From positions 1 through 64,000 of the IMG/VR virus record IMGVR_UViG_3300025314_000001: 64,000 bases of DNA, one strand, 5' to 3'. Positions 9,339 through 22,300 of the stretch are shown in pieces (positions within the stretch are counted from its first letter, which is position 1; every line of letters starts with the position of its first letter). Made by a program: the position numbers and the translations under genes. This stretch comes from a virus. The notes beneath the pieces were generated by a model that was given only the letters and a program-made list of their open reading frames with translations, ran no database searches and was not told where the DNA came from.

Positions 9339-9586
9339 CCGCCCATGCGGTTCCCAGAGTGCTCCGGTAGCACCCGCGTGATGGCCCCATCGGGGGCCAC
9401 GAGCAACCGGTACCGGTTCCCCCGGTGCGACCCCTTGAGCCGGTAGAGCGCGAGGCCGTTCTCCTGCTCGCGCACCTTGGTGGCATCGACAGCCCGACGT
9501 TCGAGCTCGGTGATGGCCTCTGCTTCTGTGACTCCGGCGAGCTCCGCGTAGTCACAGACGGCGGTTTTTGTCAGGCGGAACGGCAT
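9335..9586 (-). CDS. Hypothetical protein
   Basis: Likely start MPFRLTKTA at 9586; GC3-biased codons. Confidence 0.6.
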   Translation of the reverse strand: MPFRLTKTAVCDYAELAGVTEAEAITELERRAVDATKVREQENGLALYRLKGSHRGNRYRLLVAPDGAITRVLPEHSGNRMGG

Positions 9587-9698
9587 GGGGAACCCCAAAA
9601 AGGAAGCGCCCGATGGCTCAGGGGGGGCTGAGCCGCTCGGGCACTGAGAGTCCATGATGGACTACCGAGAAGTTGTGCGCAAGCTGTAGTTTCCCGTG

Positions 9699-9735
9699 AA
9701 ACGCCGAAATCCCCGCCGGCACGAAGCCAGCGGGG
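9699..9735 (-). terminator. Intrinsic terminator of the late operon
   Basis: Minus strand CCCCGCTGGC-TTCGT-GCCGGCGGGG hairpin followed by ATTTCGGCGTTT. Confidence 0.6.
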
Positions 9736-9868
9736 CTAGTCGACGCCGCGCCTTACCGGAGAGCTGCGCGCGGTTCAGTTTGGCCGCTAGGAGGGGCGAA
9801 AAACCGGGGTCATGAACACCCCCGGACAGGAGTCCCCGTAGCCCCCGGCAAGTCTTGGCGCCTGGCGC

Positions 9869-10393
9869 TCACCGGCCCCGCGCTGGGGCTGCTGATACCG
9901 TTGGCGCCGGCGCTGGCGGACTGACCTCGGTATGTTTTTTGGACCGCTCGCTCAGATAGCCCATGGCCGCCGTCCCAAAGGCGAGTAGCCCCATCACGAA
10001 GGCCCATAGGCGCCCGGAGCGCGCGGCGGCGCCAAACTCCTTGCGCATCAGTAGATGGTCCTCGGCGTTGGTGGACGCGACCTGCTGGGCGGCGAGCTTG
10101 GCCTCTCGGGCTTCGAGCTTTCCCTCCTTGGCCTCGAGCTGCCCCTTGTAGGCGCGCTGTTTGGCGTCACGCGCCAGCTCTTCGACAGACCTCATCCAGG
10201 CGATCTCTGCCCCCGACCGCACCCCCGGAGGGATGGAGTCCGCCTTGAGCGCCGGAGGTCGGTCGTGGATCCATGTCGCTTCGTGCAGGTCTTCCTCCGA
10301 AAAGTCCGGGTGTTCTGAGCTCGTCCAAGAATTCCGCGGCACCACCGTCCCCATCACGCGCATCATCGGCGGGGTGTCTTCGGGGTTCGTCAT
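9869..10393 (-). CDS. Membrane protein with coiled coil (lysis region)
   Basis: Start MTNPEDT overlaps the upstream stop (TAATG); C-terminal TM segment LWAFVMGLLAFGTAAMGYL. Confidence 0.65.
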   Translation of the reverse strand: MTNPEDTPPMMRVMGTVVPRNSWTSSEHPDFSEEDLHEATWIHDRPPALKADSIPPGVRSGAEIAWMRSVEELARDAKQRAYKGQLEAKEGKLEAREAKLAAQQVASTNAEDHLLMRKEFGAAARSGRLWAFVMGLLAFGTAAMGYLSERSKKHTEVSPPAPAPTVSAAPARGR

Positions 10394-10896
10394 TACTCGC
10401 CCGGACTGCCGTCGGGTAGTTGCCTGCCAATCATTTTCCAAACCATGCACTTCTCCTGCGGGCAGGCTAGCCGCTGGTCCATGACGTCGACCTTGTCCCG
10501 TAGGGACTCGAACATGGTAGTTTCGGCTAGCGCGTTGTCCGCCAGTTTGGTCACGATCTCCTTCGACCCCAGCGCGATGGTCTTCACCTGGTCGAGGCCG
10601 TTTCGAAGCTTACCGACTTCGTCCCAAAGCAGTTCGTGGTTGCCCAGTACCTTGTCGAGTTTCTCCTGTATGGATTTGAGTGCTTCGTTGAGTCTACTGC
10701 CCGGGATGAGTCCGTCTGGCCCCGGAGCAAGCGGGTCCTGAGGCGGCGAAGTCGCGATCACGGGTTCTGCTGGGATGCTGCTGACACGCTCAAGGTATTG
10801 CTCAGCAGTAAGCGTAAGGTCTCCGGCCAGCGTATCTGGAGCCACCCAATCTTCGCCGGGCGGCGGCGCGCTCAATCGGTCGTCGTTTTCTGACAT
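10393..10896 (-). CDS. Hypothetical coiled-coil protein
   Basis: 167-aa ORF in operon context. Confidence 0.65.
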   Translation of the reverse strand: MSENDDRLSAPPPGEDWVAPDTLAGDLTLTAEQYLERVSSIPAEPVIATSPPQDPLAPGPDGLIPGSRLNEALKSIQEKLDKVLGNHELLWDEVGKLRNGLDQVKTIALGSKEIVTKLADNALAETTMFESLRDKVDVMDQRLACPQEKCMVWKMIGRQLPDGSPGE

Positions 10897-10936
10897 CTGG
10901 TGTTCGAATCCTCAGCCCCCTCGAAGGGTCTCGGGT

Positions 10937-11734
10937 TCAGAACTCAAGCTCTGCAACGGTGCGGTTTCGCTCCGCCAGCATGGCGGCCGTAGTCTCCGGG
11001 TCTAGGGTGAGGGGGATGAGGTCGGGTTCGATAGGCGCAAGCTCCGGCGCCGGAGCGCCGATCACCGGCAGGGGCAGACGCGCAACGTCCTGGTCGACCG
11101 CACCTTTCGCCGTCGGGTCCTGGAGGACTACCTTGTCGAGCGGATCGACGAGCTGCTGCCAAAACGCCCACTGAACGTTCCCGGGTGTCGCTGGGCGCTC
11201 GAGCACCGCCTTGCTGCCCTTGGCGGGCCAGTGCGCCACCCACTGGGGGTAATCGAGTAGCCACGCGGGACGCCCGAGCTTCACCCAATCGGCCTGGGTC
11301 TCGTAGATGACGGGGCCACCGAACTGCTCGGCGACTCTCTCTACGAATTCCCGCAGAGGCCCGCACCACGCTGGCGTCGGCTGCGCCCAGTGGGTAGCGC
11401 GCCCGTTCTCCCACTTGTCCGGCCACGCCTCGACGTCGATCGCAGGCAGTAGGTCGCCGGAACCGATGTTCGTGGCCCCGCAAACCGAGCCCAACACCTC
11501 GAGCTGCTTGCCGACCTCCAGGTCTGGTCGAAAGAAAGCGTACACCCCTGGGGTTACTCCTGCCGCCCGAATACGGGCGATGTGGCGCGCGGTAAGCTTG
11601 TCCGGGCGCATCCCGTAGCACGCGCGCACGTAGGCAAACCTGATGCTGAGCTCAGCGCGCGCGTAACCCCAGTCAATCAGGTTTTCGTGCTGGAATTCTG
11701 AGATATCTACGCCCTTGGCCAGTACTTCAGGCAT
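10937..11734 (-). CDS. GH25 lysozyme (endolysin)
   Basis: GVDISEFQ, IDW, GVYAF, PAIDVE, WVAHW, WAFWQ, VDQD motifs; true start MPEVLAK. Confidence 0.9.
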   Translation of the reverse strand: MPEVLAKGVDISEFQHENLIDWGYARAELSIRFAYVRACYGMRPDKLTARHIARIRAAGVTPGVYAFFRPDLEVGKQLEVLGSVCGATNIGSGDLLPAIDVEAWPDKWENGRATHWAQPTPAWCGPLREFVERVAEQFGGPVIYETQADWVKLGRPAWLLDYPQWVAHWPAKGSKAVLERPATPGNVQWAFWQQLVDPLDKVVLQDPTAKGAVDQDVARLPLPVIGAPAPELAPIEPDLIPLTLDPETTAAMLAERNRTVAELEF

Positions 11735-12158
11735 GAAGCAGCCTTTCGATGCTGTAGTAGGTGACCCCCGTGTAGTTCCGCTGGCGCCGAATGCGCTGCA
11801 CCTTGCCCCCGGTGCTGTTCCCATCGATCGTCGAGACGAACCCGGCGCCGACTTCTTCCACGATGGCGTGATGCTGGAACTTCGGGAAGTACGCGCAGTC
11901 CCCGGGCTCGGGGTAGCGCGTGATCGTCAGGTGCTGGCTCACGAACGAGAACCCGATGGGCCAACGGACGTTCAGCAGGATGCCGGCTTCGTGGTACGCC
12001 CACAGACAAAATATCCCGCAGTAGTGCGGTGGCCTATCCTTCACACCGAGCCCGAGCGCCGACCAGTAGTACTCCTCTTTCGCGTCACAGCCGATCTGGC
12101 TCACGGCTGCGGAGACGACGGATGTCCTTACCGTGTGCGTTTCTTCGCCGTGGCGCAT
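11727..12158 (-). CDS. CHAP-domain peptidoglycan amidase/peptidase
   Basis: YCGIFCLWAY, PEPGD, HHAIVE, TIDGNS. Confidence 0.85.
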   Translation of the reverse strand: MRHGEETHTVRTSVVSAAVSQIGCDAKEEYYWSALGLGVKDRPPHYCGIFCLWAYHEAGILLNVRWPIGFSFVSQHLTITRYPEPGDCAYFPKFQHHAIVEEVGAGFVSTIDGNSTGGKVQRIRRQRNYTGVTYYSIERLLHA

Positions 12159-12666
12159 AGTCCTAAGAACTCCACCAACACCTGCACTTCGGAGAAACCG
12201 GCTGCCGTTAGGTGGTCACTGAGACTCCTTGCCGTGAACCCAGTTCGATGCGCCTGGTGGCGGTTGCCCTCACGGATCTCCCGCCGGTGTCCGTAGAGTA
12301 CATCCAGGGCTGCGATGGGGCCCATCGGGCTCACGTAGAGCGGCTCTTCAAGCCCCGTGGCCAGAATGGCGGCGGCTACTTGCGTAAGATCGGGAACCGA
12401 AACCACGACGTCACCACCAAAGCGCAAGACGCGCCAAAACTCCGCCAACGCTTGAGCGGTATCATGGGCCTCCAAGTGCTCGAGTGAGTGTGAGCACCAG
12501 ACAGCGTCGACCGATTCAGACTCGACCATCACCATTGCGGTCATCGGCGCAACGATGTCGGGCTCCATGTCGGGGTTCTGGTCGACCCTGAGCTCTTGCC
12601 AGCCGTCAAACCCTTCCGGTAGCTTGTGCCCAGCCGGACCGGACCCAACGTTCAGCACCGTCGGCA

Positions 12667-12670
<4 letters not shown>
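12128..12670 (-). CDS. Class I SAM-dependent methyltransferase
   Basis: VLNVGSG, SVDAVWCSHSLEHL, EFWRVLRFGG, VPD. Confidence 0.9.
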
Positions 12671-14918
<2,248 letters not shown>

Positions 14919-14936
14919 TCACCGTGTAGCGTAACT

Positions 14937-15641
14937 TCACAGGTCCGGAGCACACGCATCGCCACCACTCTCCAAGAGCAGTGCAAGGTCGTCGAAGGTG
15001 ATGTAGCCGTATCCCCAAAGACCACGGCGTTCGACCCCCCAGAGGCCCCAAGAGTTCCGGATCCAAACCCTTCGGTTCTCTGCGTCGACCTCATCGGCCT
15101 TGATCTCGTGCCCACCACGGAGCGAGCACGTTGAGGTCAGGCGGAGGCGCCCATCTTCGTCCGTGTCGTCGTACGTGCTGTACCAGTCGAGTCCCAGGAT
15201 GATGGGGCGCGTCTGAAGCGCCTGGAGGACCACCGTGAGGCCTGCGGTCATGGCGAAGCCAGAGAAGTACCCGGCCTCGCACGCCGCGGTCATGGCGGCC
15301 CACCCGGAGCTCCCGGTGTCCGACGGAGGGTAGGTGCCGGGGAAGGGGTCGAGCTGGGTGGCGCGCTTGTAGAGGTCTACGCACTGGGCGTTGGTCAGCC
15401 TGTTCCGGTAGGGCGCAGTTGAAGCGCACCCTCCGGTCGCAAACCCCGTGCAAGCCCCAAGGCTCCCCTGATCCAGCGGGGCCGCGACGTTCGGAGCATG
15501 CGCCACGGATTTGATCTCGACGCCTTCCTCGACCGGCATGTGCCGCGCGACGTCGCGCCAGTTCAGAAGGCGCTGCCGACCAAGCGGCTTGCCCGGTACC
15601 TCAATGAGCGTCGGAACCTGAACGACAATGGGTTCGGTCAT
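14937..15641 (-). CDS. Papain-like (C1) cysteine peptidase
   Basis: DQGSLGACTGFA (Q..C), GGHEI (H), NSWG (N). Confidence 0.88.
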   Translation of the reverse strand: MTEPIVVQVPTLIEVPGKPLGRQRLLNWRDVARHMPVEEGVEIKSVAHAPNVAAPLDQGSLGACTGFATGGCASTAPYRNRLTNAQCVDLYKRATQLDPFPGTYPPSDTGSSGWAAMTAACEAGYFSGFAMTAGLTVVLQALQTRPIILGLDWYSTYDDTDEDGRLRLTSTCSLRGGHEIKADEVDAENRRVWIRNSWGLWGVERRGLWGYGYITFDDLALLLESGGDACAPDL

Positions 15642-15973
15642 CGATACGACTCCTGGATGACACGGTCAGAGCAGACGCGGTGGACGAGTGTGCTGAGGGG
15701 TGTCCCGGATTCCGACGCGATGCGCCGGCTGACGGGGTCTTTGGTCTTCGCCTCGACGCATCGGTCGTAGGGAGACGGTACCGGCGACGTACCCCCGGTG
15801 GCTGTTCCTCCTTCTCCGCCCGACCCGCCCGTCGGCACCGGGACCGGCTGCGTACCCCCCATGGGACCCGGCGGGTTCGGTGGCGTTGGTTGGCAGCTCG
15901 CCCCGGGCAGCGTGGCCACCAAGTAGGCCAGCGCCAGCGTCAGTCCGACTCGTTGCTTCGTCAAATTCTGCAC
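15638..15973 (-). CDS. Pro/Gly-rich lipoprotein (possible o-spanin)
   Basis: Hydrophobic signal peptide ending GASC; located in the lysis region. Confidence 0.55.
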   Translation of the reverse strand: MQNLTKQRVGLTLALAYLVATLPGASCQPTPPNPPGPMGGTQPVPVPTGGSGGEGGTATGGTSPVPSPYDRCVEAKTKDPVSRRIASESGTPLSTLVHRVCSDRVIQESYR

Positions 15974-15983
15974 GTTCGTTCTC

Positions 15984-16142
15984 CTACCGAGGGTTTGGAA
16001 GCTGCGCGCTAGCGTCGTGGGGAATCTGCGAGATTTCCACGGCCAGCGCGGACCGCCATGCGTTCAGCCAATACCCGACCACGAGCGACACCAGGGCAAT
16101 CAGGAGCCAGTCCTGGATCCCATTGGTGTCCACCGGATGCAC
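15984..16142 (-). CDS. Small membrane protein (52 aa)
   Basis: MHPVDTNGIQDWLLIALVSLVVGYWLNAW...; fills a gap in the operon. Confidence 0.4.
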   Translation of the reverse strand: MHPVDTNGIQDWLLIALVSLVVGYWLNAWRSALAVEISQIPHDASAQLPNPR

Positions 16143-16148
16143 TTCTGC

Positions 16149-16241
16149 TCAGCGCGTAGCGATCAGCGCACCGACAATGAGCGACCCCCAGAACACAACC
16201 ACAAGGACAAGACAGCCGTTCAGCAGGGCCTCGCGCGTCAC
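16149..16241 (-). CDS. Small membrane peptide (30 aa)
   Basis: GTGA overlap with the upstream stop; single TM segment. Confidence 0.4.
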   Translation of the reverse strand: MTREALLNGCLVLVVVFWGSLIVGALIATR

Positions 16242-17029
16242 CCCGCCACGGGTGTGCCGCATCCGAGCGCTATCCATTCCGACTTGTAGCCATCGGCGAC
16301 CGTCTTTGCGAAGATCGCTGCGGCGTCGAGGAGCCCACTGGCGATGAGCGTCACGTAGACGGCCGAGTTGGCATCGCTGTCCTGCTGGAGCAGCACCGCG
16401 ATCCCGCCTACGGTTCCGGCGGTCCCGAGCGTCCCGGTCGCCAGCGAGGTCCCGAGCCACAGGTGCTCGCTGCGGCTGAGGTCGACGCACTCCGGAGACC
16501 CCGGAGTCGCTAGCTTCACCCCCGCGACGCTCGTCACCTTCGGCCTCACGCCCTCCAGGGTACCGGTGCAGGCGCAGAGGTAGCTGGGGGCAAGCAGGCT
16601 AGCGCCCAGCAGTAGCAGCAGGCCGGCCGCCGGCGGCTTGGGTGGACCGAACCGCTTCGTGTCGCTCTGTTCGCTCTCCGCGACCCCGCGCTTCTCCGCG
16701 GATTCCATGATGGCCAGCACCCGGGCCTCCCGCGCGGCCTTGACCTTTTGCTGAGCGGCCAGGCTCGCCACGAGCTGCCACAGCAGCACTCCCCAGCCGA
16801 GCGAAGACGTCGCGAGCGCGAACAGCAGCGACGTCCCTAACGGTTGTCCCGTCGCGGCTTGGTCGATCGCCGTCTGGAGCGCCACCACGATGGCCAGGCC
16901 AAACGCTCGCGCCGGACCCGAGAGCGTCCACGGAAACCACGTCGCGTTTGGGTTGAATCCCTGCGCCAGGCCCGCTAGAAGCCCGGCGACGATCATGTAA
17001 ACCGCCGTCTGTACCGTCATGTCCTGCAT
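16238..17029 (-). CDS. Multi-pass membrane protein (holin-like N-terminus, internal lipoprotein-like signal)
   Basis: Three N-terminal TM segments, then LLLLLGASLLAPSYLCAC and two more hydrophobic helices; AGGAG RBS. Confidence 0.65.
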   Translation of the reverse strand: MQDMTVQTAVYMIVAGLLAGLAQGFNPNATWFPWTLSGPARAFGLAIVVALQTAIDQAATGQPLGTSLLFALATSSLGWGVLLWQLVASLAAQQKVKAAREARVLAIMESAEKRGVAESEQSDTKRFGPPKPPAAGLLLLLGASLLAPSYLCACTGTLEGVRPKVTSVAGVKLATPGSPECVDLSRSEHLWLGTSLATGTLGTAGTVGGIAVLLQQDSDANSAVYVTLIASGLLDAAAIFAKTVADGYKSEWIALGCGTPVAG

Positions 17030-17069
17030 TGCCGTTTCTCCTGTTGTTCAGTCGTTGGCCGTCGTTCAG

Positions 17070-17249
17070 TCAGTACCCACGGGCGCCTACGCCAAGCACC
17101 GCCAGCACGAGCACGATGCCGGACTCGACGACGGCCTTGATCTCAGCGAGTCGTTCGGGCCCCCGGGCGCCTACGCCGAGCACGGCCAGCACGAGCACGG
17201 TGCCGGACTCGACGACGGCCTTGATCTGAGCGAGTAGTTCGGGGGTCAT
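17070..17249 (-). CDS. 59-aa membrane peptide built from an 84-bp tandem duplication
   Basis: MTPELLAQIKAVVESGTVLVLAVLGVGARG / PERLAEIKAVVESGIVLVLAVLGVGARGY; AGGAG RBS. Confidence 0.6.
   Translation of the reverse strand: MTPELLAQIKAVVESGTVLVLAVLGVGARGPERLAEIKAVVESGIVLVLAVLGVGARGY
17081..17248. repeat. 84-bp tandem direct repeat (2 copies)
   Basis: 17081-17164 and 17165-17248 are nearly identical. Confidence 0.9.
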
Positions 17250-17274
17250 GATTGTCTGCTCCTTTGCGCGCCGG

Positions 17275-19299
17275 CTAGGGTAGCCGGGCGATAATCTGAT
17301 TGCGGAGCCACTCCGTGATTGTGTGACCTCCGCTCGACGCAATGAGGGTCTGCACTCGACCTCCGCCGAGGGCGTAGGTCGCAACGGCATCTACCTCACC
17401 GACGTAGTCCGCGACGGCGCCAGCCCAGTCTAACCCGGCTAGTCGAGGGTGAATACTTTCATCATAAGCTGCTGGACCGAAATAAATATCGTCTAGTACG
17501 TAGCACAGCCACGACTGCCGGTGGGTCGCCGACAGCGCGTATATGTCGAGCCATCCCGCGTGTGCAAAAAATTCATGTGATGTTTGCTCGGTGTCCCCTA
17601 GGCTGTAACCAGCCCGCATGTACAACGGCAGAGAGCCGCAGATCCCAAACGACCTCACGACACGGGGGTCGATCGCGGCCCACACGGTCGAAGTCCACCC
17701 ACCTCCGGAAATCCCGATTGCGGTGTGCCCGTCCAGTCCTAGGCCAATCGCGTAGTTTAGGCACAGCAGAGGCGGCTCAAAAAAGATCTCAAACGCCCGA
17801 TAATCGGCGAGCACCAAACTGAAAATTGTCGCATGTACCCACGGATCTCGCGGCATCAGATACACGAAAACGTCCCACCCTAGACTGAGCAGCGCTTGCG
17901 CCATCGCAGGGAGACCTAGCACCGTGACGTCCGTATCGGAGTGCCCGTTGCAGAGGTAGGCAGCCTTGCCAATAGGCGCCTCAGGCACTAAGTGCCACGC
18001 CTGAGAGTGCTGCGGGACAGCACCGCCTGCAGTATAGGCGTTGACATATCCGTCCAGTTGGTCCGTGCGCGCCAGGCTGCTCAGACCTGTCATCGGGCAT
18101 ACGACATCCGTAGTGACAGCAGGCAGCCGATCCGTGGGTATTGCGGTGCAATCCACCCCCCACAAGTGTCGCCACAACAAGGCGCGAATAGACTCCGCAG
18201 CGTCAAGATCCGTCACACGAAGAACGCTGTCATCCGCTAGCCCGTTTGCCCTCAGCACTGGAGCGTATCCCTCGTCGTACAGCAGCCCGTCAAAAAAAGG
18301 GAGCGAATGCCTGTTGGCTGCTCCTGTGATGATGCGGAGTCTCTCGGCTGCTGACAGATCCCCGCGGCCCCAGCGTGCTAACTCCAGCACCTGCGATCCA
18401 GCTGACAGCACCCACTGGTCCGAGGCACCCGTCATCGCATTCAGATGCAACTGTTGCGAATCGATTACAGTGCCGAGTTCCGTGTACAGCGATATCGCTC
18501 CGCCGTAGTAGACATACAGGTACACATGGTGAGTGGAAGTGTCAATCGCGTTAGACGTATTGACCGAGTGATATGGCAATCCCGATGCATCCGTCGCGAA
18601 TGTCTGGACCTGCCCATCCTGTATGATGCTGCGGGCCTGACCTGTTAGTGATACAGCGAGAGGACCGTTAAGCCCCCCAGGGTAGGCAGTCTCTTTGCCG
18701 ACGTACATGAAGGCAAATCCGGCGTCATCGGACGTGAAAAATGTGGCGACCAATTCGGCATCCGTCGTGTTCGCCGTACCGGCTCCGACAATCTCTCCCC
18801 CACTCAGCGTGAGATTAGTCACGCTACGGTGATACGGACCTGTTTTTGACACTGGGTAGCTGCCAGCGGGCTGGACATCGTTTATTTGCGTGATGGGGTT
18901 GCTGCCGGCCACAACACCCCAGGGAGCGACTCCCCAGTACCCTAGGCATCCAGGGACCGTCCAGGCCGATTGCGCCACAATCGTAGAGTCCGTCGCCGGC
19001 GTCACGCTCACCCCGCCCGCCGCGGACCAGCCATAGGCATCAAGCTCGATCGCGCCCGATAGGGCAGTCGTGTGGATGTGTGTCTCGCCGACGTTGGTCC
19101 AGGTGCCGACTCCGTAGACCGGCGCAGGATCCCCGTGCGGCACCACGGTCCACTTCTCAGCGTCCGCCGAAAACGTGGCCGTGCAGTCCACGGTCTCGTC
19201 GGAGATTGCGGGGAGCGTGAGCGTGAGGGCCGTGGGGGGGGACGGCGCGGAGGCGCCCCCGCTACCGAGTCCAAACCGGAATCCAAATCCGAAGCCCAT
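17275..19299 (-). CDS. Putative virion protein with beta-sandwich region and C-terminal alpha/beta hydrolase domain
   Basis: MGFGFGFRFGLG N-terminus; GISGGGW nucleophile elbow; AAIDPRV; late GGH; GGAGG RBS. Confidence 0.75.
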   Translation of the reverse strand: MGFGFGFRFGLGSGGASAPSPPTALTLTLPAISDETVDCTATFSADAEKWTVVPHGDPAPVYGVGTWTNVGETHIHTTALSGAIELDAYGWSAAGGVSVTPATDSTIVAQSAWTVPGCLGYWGVAPWGVVAGSNPITQINDVQPAGSYPVSKTGPYHRSVTNLTLSGGEIVGAGTANTTDAELVATFFTSDDAGFAFMYVGKETAYPGGLNGPLAVSLTGQARSIIQDGQVQTFATDASGLPYHSVNTSNAIDTSTHHVYLYVYYGGAISLYTELGTVIDSQQLHLNAMTGASDQWVLSAGSQVLELARWGRGDLSAAERLRIITGAANRHSLPFFDGLLYDEGYAPVLRANGLADDSVLRVTDLDAAESIRALLWRHLWGVDCTAIPTDRLPAVTTDVVCPMTGLSSLARTDQLDGYVNAYTAGGAVPQHSQAWHLVPEAPIGKAAYLCNGHSDTDVTVLGLPAMAQALLSLGWDVFVYLMPRDPWVHATIFSLVLADYRAFEIFFEPPLLCLNYAIGLGLDGHTAIGISGGGWTSTVWAAIDPRVVRSFGICGSLPLYMRAGYSLGDTEQTSHEFFAHAGWLDIYALSATHRQSWLCYVLDDIYFGPAAYDESIHPRLAGLDWAGAVADYVGEVDAVATYALGGGRVQTLIASSGGHTITEWLRNQIIARLP

Positions 19300-19311
19300 C
19301 TTGACCTCCCT

Positions 19312-22300
19312 TTAGACCGTCTGCAGCTCCATCGGTCGATCAAACCACTTCCGTGGGCGCACTCTGCACGCTACTCCCGCTGGTCGGGTAATCTGTACCG
19401 TGAGAACGTTCGTCGCAACGGACAACGTCATGGTCGGCGCAAACCCCGCCGGTAGCCGTGAGTAGTCCGGCGCAGGAGTGGTGTTCAGCGCCAACGTCGC
19501 GACCCCACCCGAATTGGTCGTCACTATGACGTCGAGCGCGCAGCTCATCGTCCCCTCTTCCGTGGCGCTCCAGATGTGCGCGTTGATGTTGATCGGCACA
19601 AGGAACCGCTTGGACGCTGGAAACCCAGTGACCGTCCAGGTCTGCACGGTCGTGGCCGCGTCACTCGACAACACCACCTCATCACCAGGGCTGTAGAGTG
19701 GCACGAATACTCCCGCTGCGAAGGCGGTGTCCCAGTAGGGAATCATGGACCAACTGATGGTGTCCGGGGCATAGAAGTTCGATACGAAGAAGTCTCCTTT
19801 CGTGCCCGTAATATTCGGCGTCAAGAAGCTCCCACTGGTCCCACCGATGGAGCATCCTTCGAACATCCCCAGCCCGAATCCGGTATTGCCCTTACCCATG
19901 AGGACTCCGCCCGCCTGAACCTCGACGCGCGCGCAATGGGTGAGCACGATAGCGGCGTCTGCCACTGTAGAATCCCAGACCCCAGATGGAACGTAGATGT
20001 AGTTCGTGACTGCTCCCGCTGAGAAGCGTAGCCCCGCGGATTGTACGATGGCGGAAACCAGGTAGCCATGACTGATGGATAGGGAGATCCCTGGTGACGT
20101 TCCGATGAACGCCGAGTAATTAACCCCTACACTATGTACTCTAGTCACGGAGATATAGGCGTTGCTGCTGCGTATCCAGGCGCAACCAGTTATGGTCCAA
20201 TCAACGACGCTGGATAATTCGAGCCTGCATCCTGACAAATAGGACAGTATGCTTGTTGTCTTGTTCCCTATGCAGTACGAAGTCGTGTTCGTGATATTGA
20301 AGCTTCTTACGACCAAATATCCTTGCCCGGTTACCCCCATACTGGGAATGCCGACGATCGTCGGCAAGTCCTCAACCACAACATCATCTCCATCCTGTGG
20401 ATTCGTGCCTGCGGCCCCTAATACCCCCGTCGGATCCATCAAATATGACGTACTGATGCGCGCGACGTTGAGCCCGAGACCGTCGGGGTTCTCTTTTGCG
20501 ATGTGGTAGATGTTGTGCTGACGAGCTCCCGACGTAACTCGGACACGCTTGCCCACGTAGGGTGTCATGTCCGACACGCCCGTCAGGGTTAGCAGTTTCC
20601 ATTCGTTCGTCGTGGTGTTGATATCGGTGAAGGATTCCACCGTCGTTGTGAGTATAGTCGTCGCTGCCTGACTGCCGTCGATCACCAATCCCTGTGGATA
20701 GCTAATCCCGACGCCATCGCCGTCGAGCGTTGCTCCCGCAGCCATAACCCAGACGAACGTGTTCTGTTGTAGCGTGACTCCACGGAGTCGTCGGAACACC
20801 TCTTTGACGGTCAGCAGGGCCGTCCCACTCGCGGCGCCATCAGCTTCATCGCTACCGGTGCTCGGGTGGACGTACCAGTTCGCTTGCGTGGCCCAGGTGG
20901 AGTTCGGTAACGCCGGCGCCTCTCGCTCCCAGACCCTTCCGGCCGTTGCTGTCGCCACCCGCTCCATCGCCACGACGGCGTCAGCCGTCGTCCGGAGCGT
21001 CCAGTGGCAGCGGGTAGACCGGACCCAAAATCGCTCGCCATCAACGTAGTTGTAGACACCAATCAGCGCGAGTGCCGCCAAGTCGGCAACGGTGTTTCCT
21101 CCCTGCCCCACCACCGATGGCGCACCGAAGATTCCGGCGTTAGCGTCCTTGAGCCACATCGGCATCTGCGACCAGCTCATGGGGGCACGCGACGCCGATG
21201 GTGCTCCAATAGCTATGTCCCCCGCTGCGCCTGTCAGCCTATTGGGTGGTGTCGAGACGGTGGACGGCCACCCAAGCGCCGCACCTTCTGCGACCCAGAT
21301 ACCTAGATGGGCGTTGCCTTTGCCCAGTAGCGTTGCACTTGCATCCACGGTTGACGACCCGATTGCGGATAGCGCTGCTTTCGTCCCCGAGTTACAATCA
21401 AACACGCCAATGGTCCCAAATAATTCCGATGGCGATCCGACGCACTCCAGATACCCATCTTGGATTAAGATGTTAGACAAGCGTTGTTGTCTAGCTAGGA
21501 ATTGGGTGCCACCTGTCCCTTTACACAGGCACAGACTTACTACCCCATAAGGTCCACGAACAGTGAACACCCATGTGGATGCCAACCTGCACCCATAAAC
21601 GAACATCTCCATGCTGTTACTGCTGCTGTTACAGTAGCTACCAAGTAATACAGATCCTTGGGTGGGTGTTGTAATCGGTTGCCCGATTATGCTGCCGCTT
21701 ATGGACACGTCACAGACGCGCGCGTGTGGCCACAGCGTTGACACGCATTCAATTCCCGGGCAGTCCTCGATGACAATTTCGTCGTTAGGTTGCCACGCCG
21801 CTCCAGTTGTCCCTGTAAGCATCTCCGTGCGAGTGCACGGTATCGACACTCGCGCGGTCGCGACACCTAAACCATCGGGGTTGATCTTGGCGATCCAGCA
21901 CCATGCACCCGCGCGAGCGCCCGCAGTTATACGAATCCGTTTCCCTTCATACGCCGTAAGGTCCGTGATTCCCGAAACAGTGATGAGTGGGAATTCGTTG
22001 TTGGCAACCGATGTGGTGGTGTAGGTGCCGATGACCGCCGTGGCCAACGTCGTGAGCGCCAAGCTTCCGTCTAGAGCGACCCATGCCGTTGGCGATACAT
22101 CCAATTCGCCTTCAAGTGTCCCCCCGGCGGCCAGCATGTAGACTTGAGTGTTTGCGCGTACCACCGACCCGCGCCACCGCCGAGTGAACTCTTTGAACGT
22201 CTTGAGCGCCGTTCCGACTGAGCCCCCCGTGGCTTCGTCGTTCCCGGTTACTGGGTGTACGTACCAGGTCGTCTGGACCTGCCACGGATTCGCCGCATCG

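Noticed and set aside
1448-9600. cas genes next to the array
   Set aside because: No Cas1/2, RAMP, Cas3 or RuvC motifs were recognised. The 1235-aa ORF is SbcCD-like and the HNH is a homing type.
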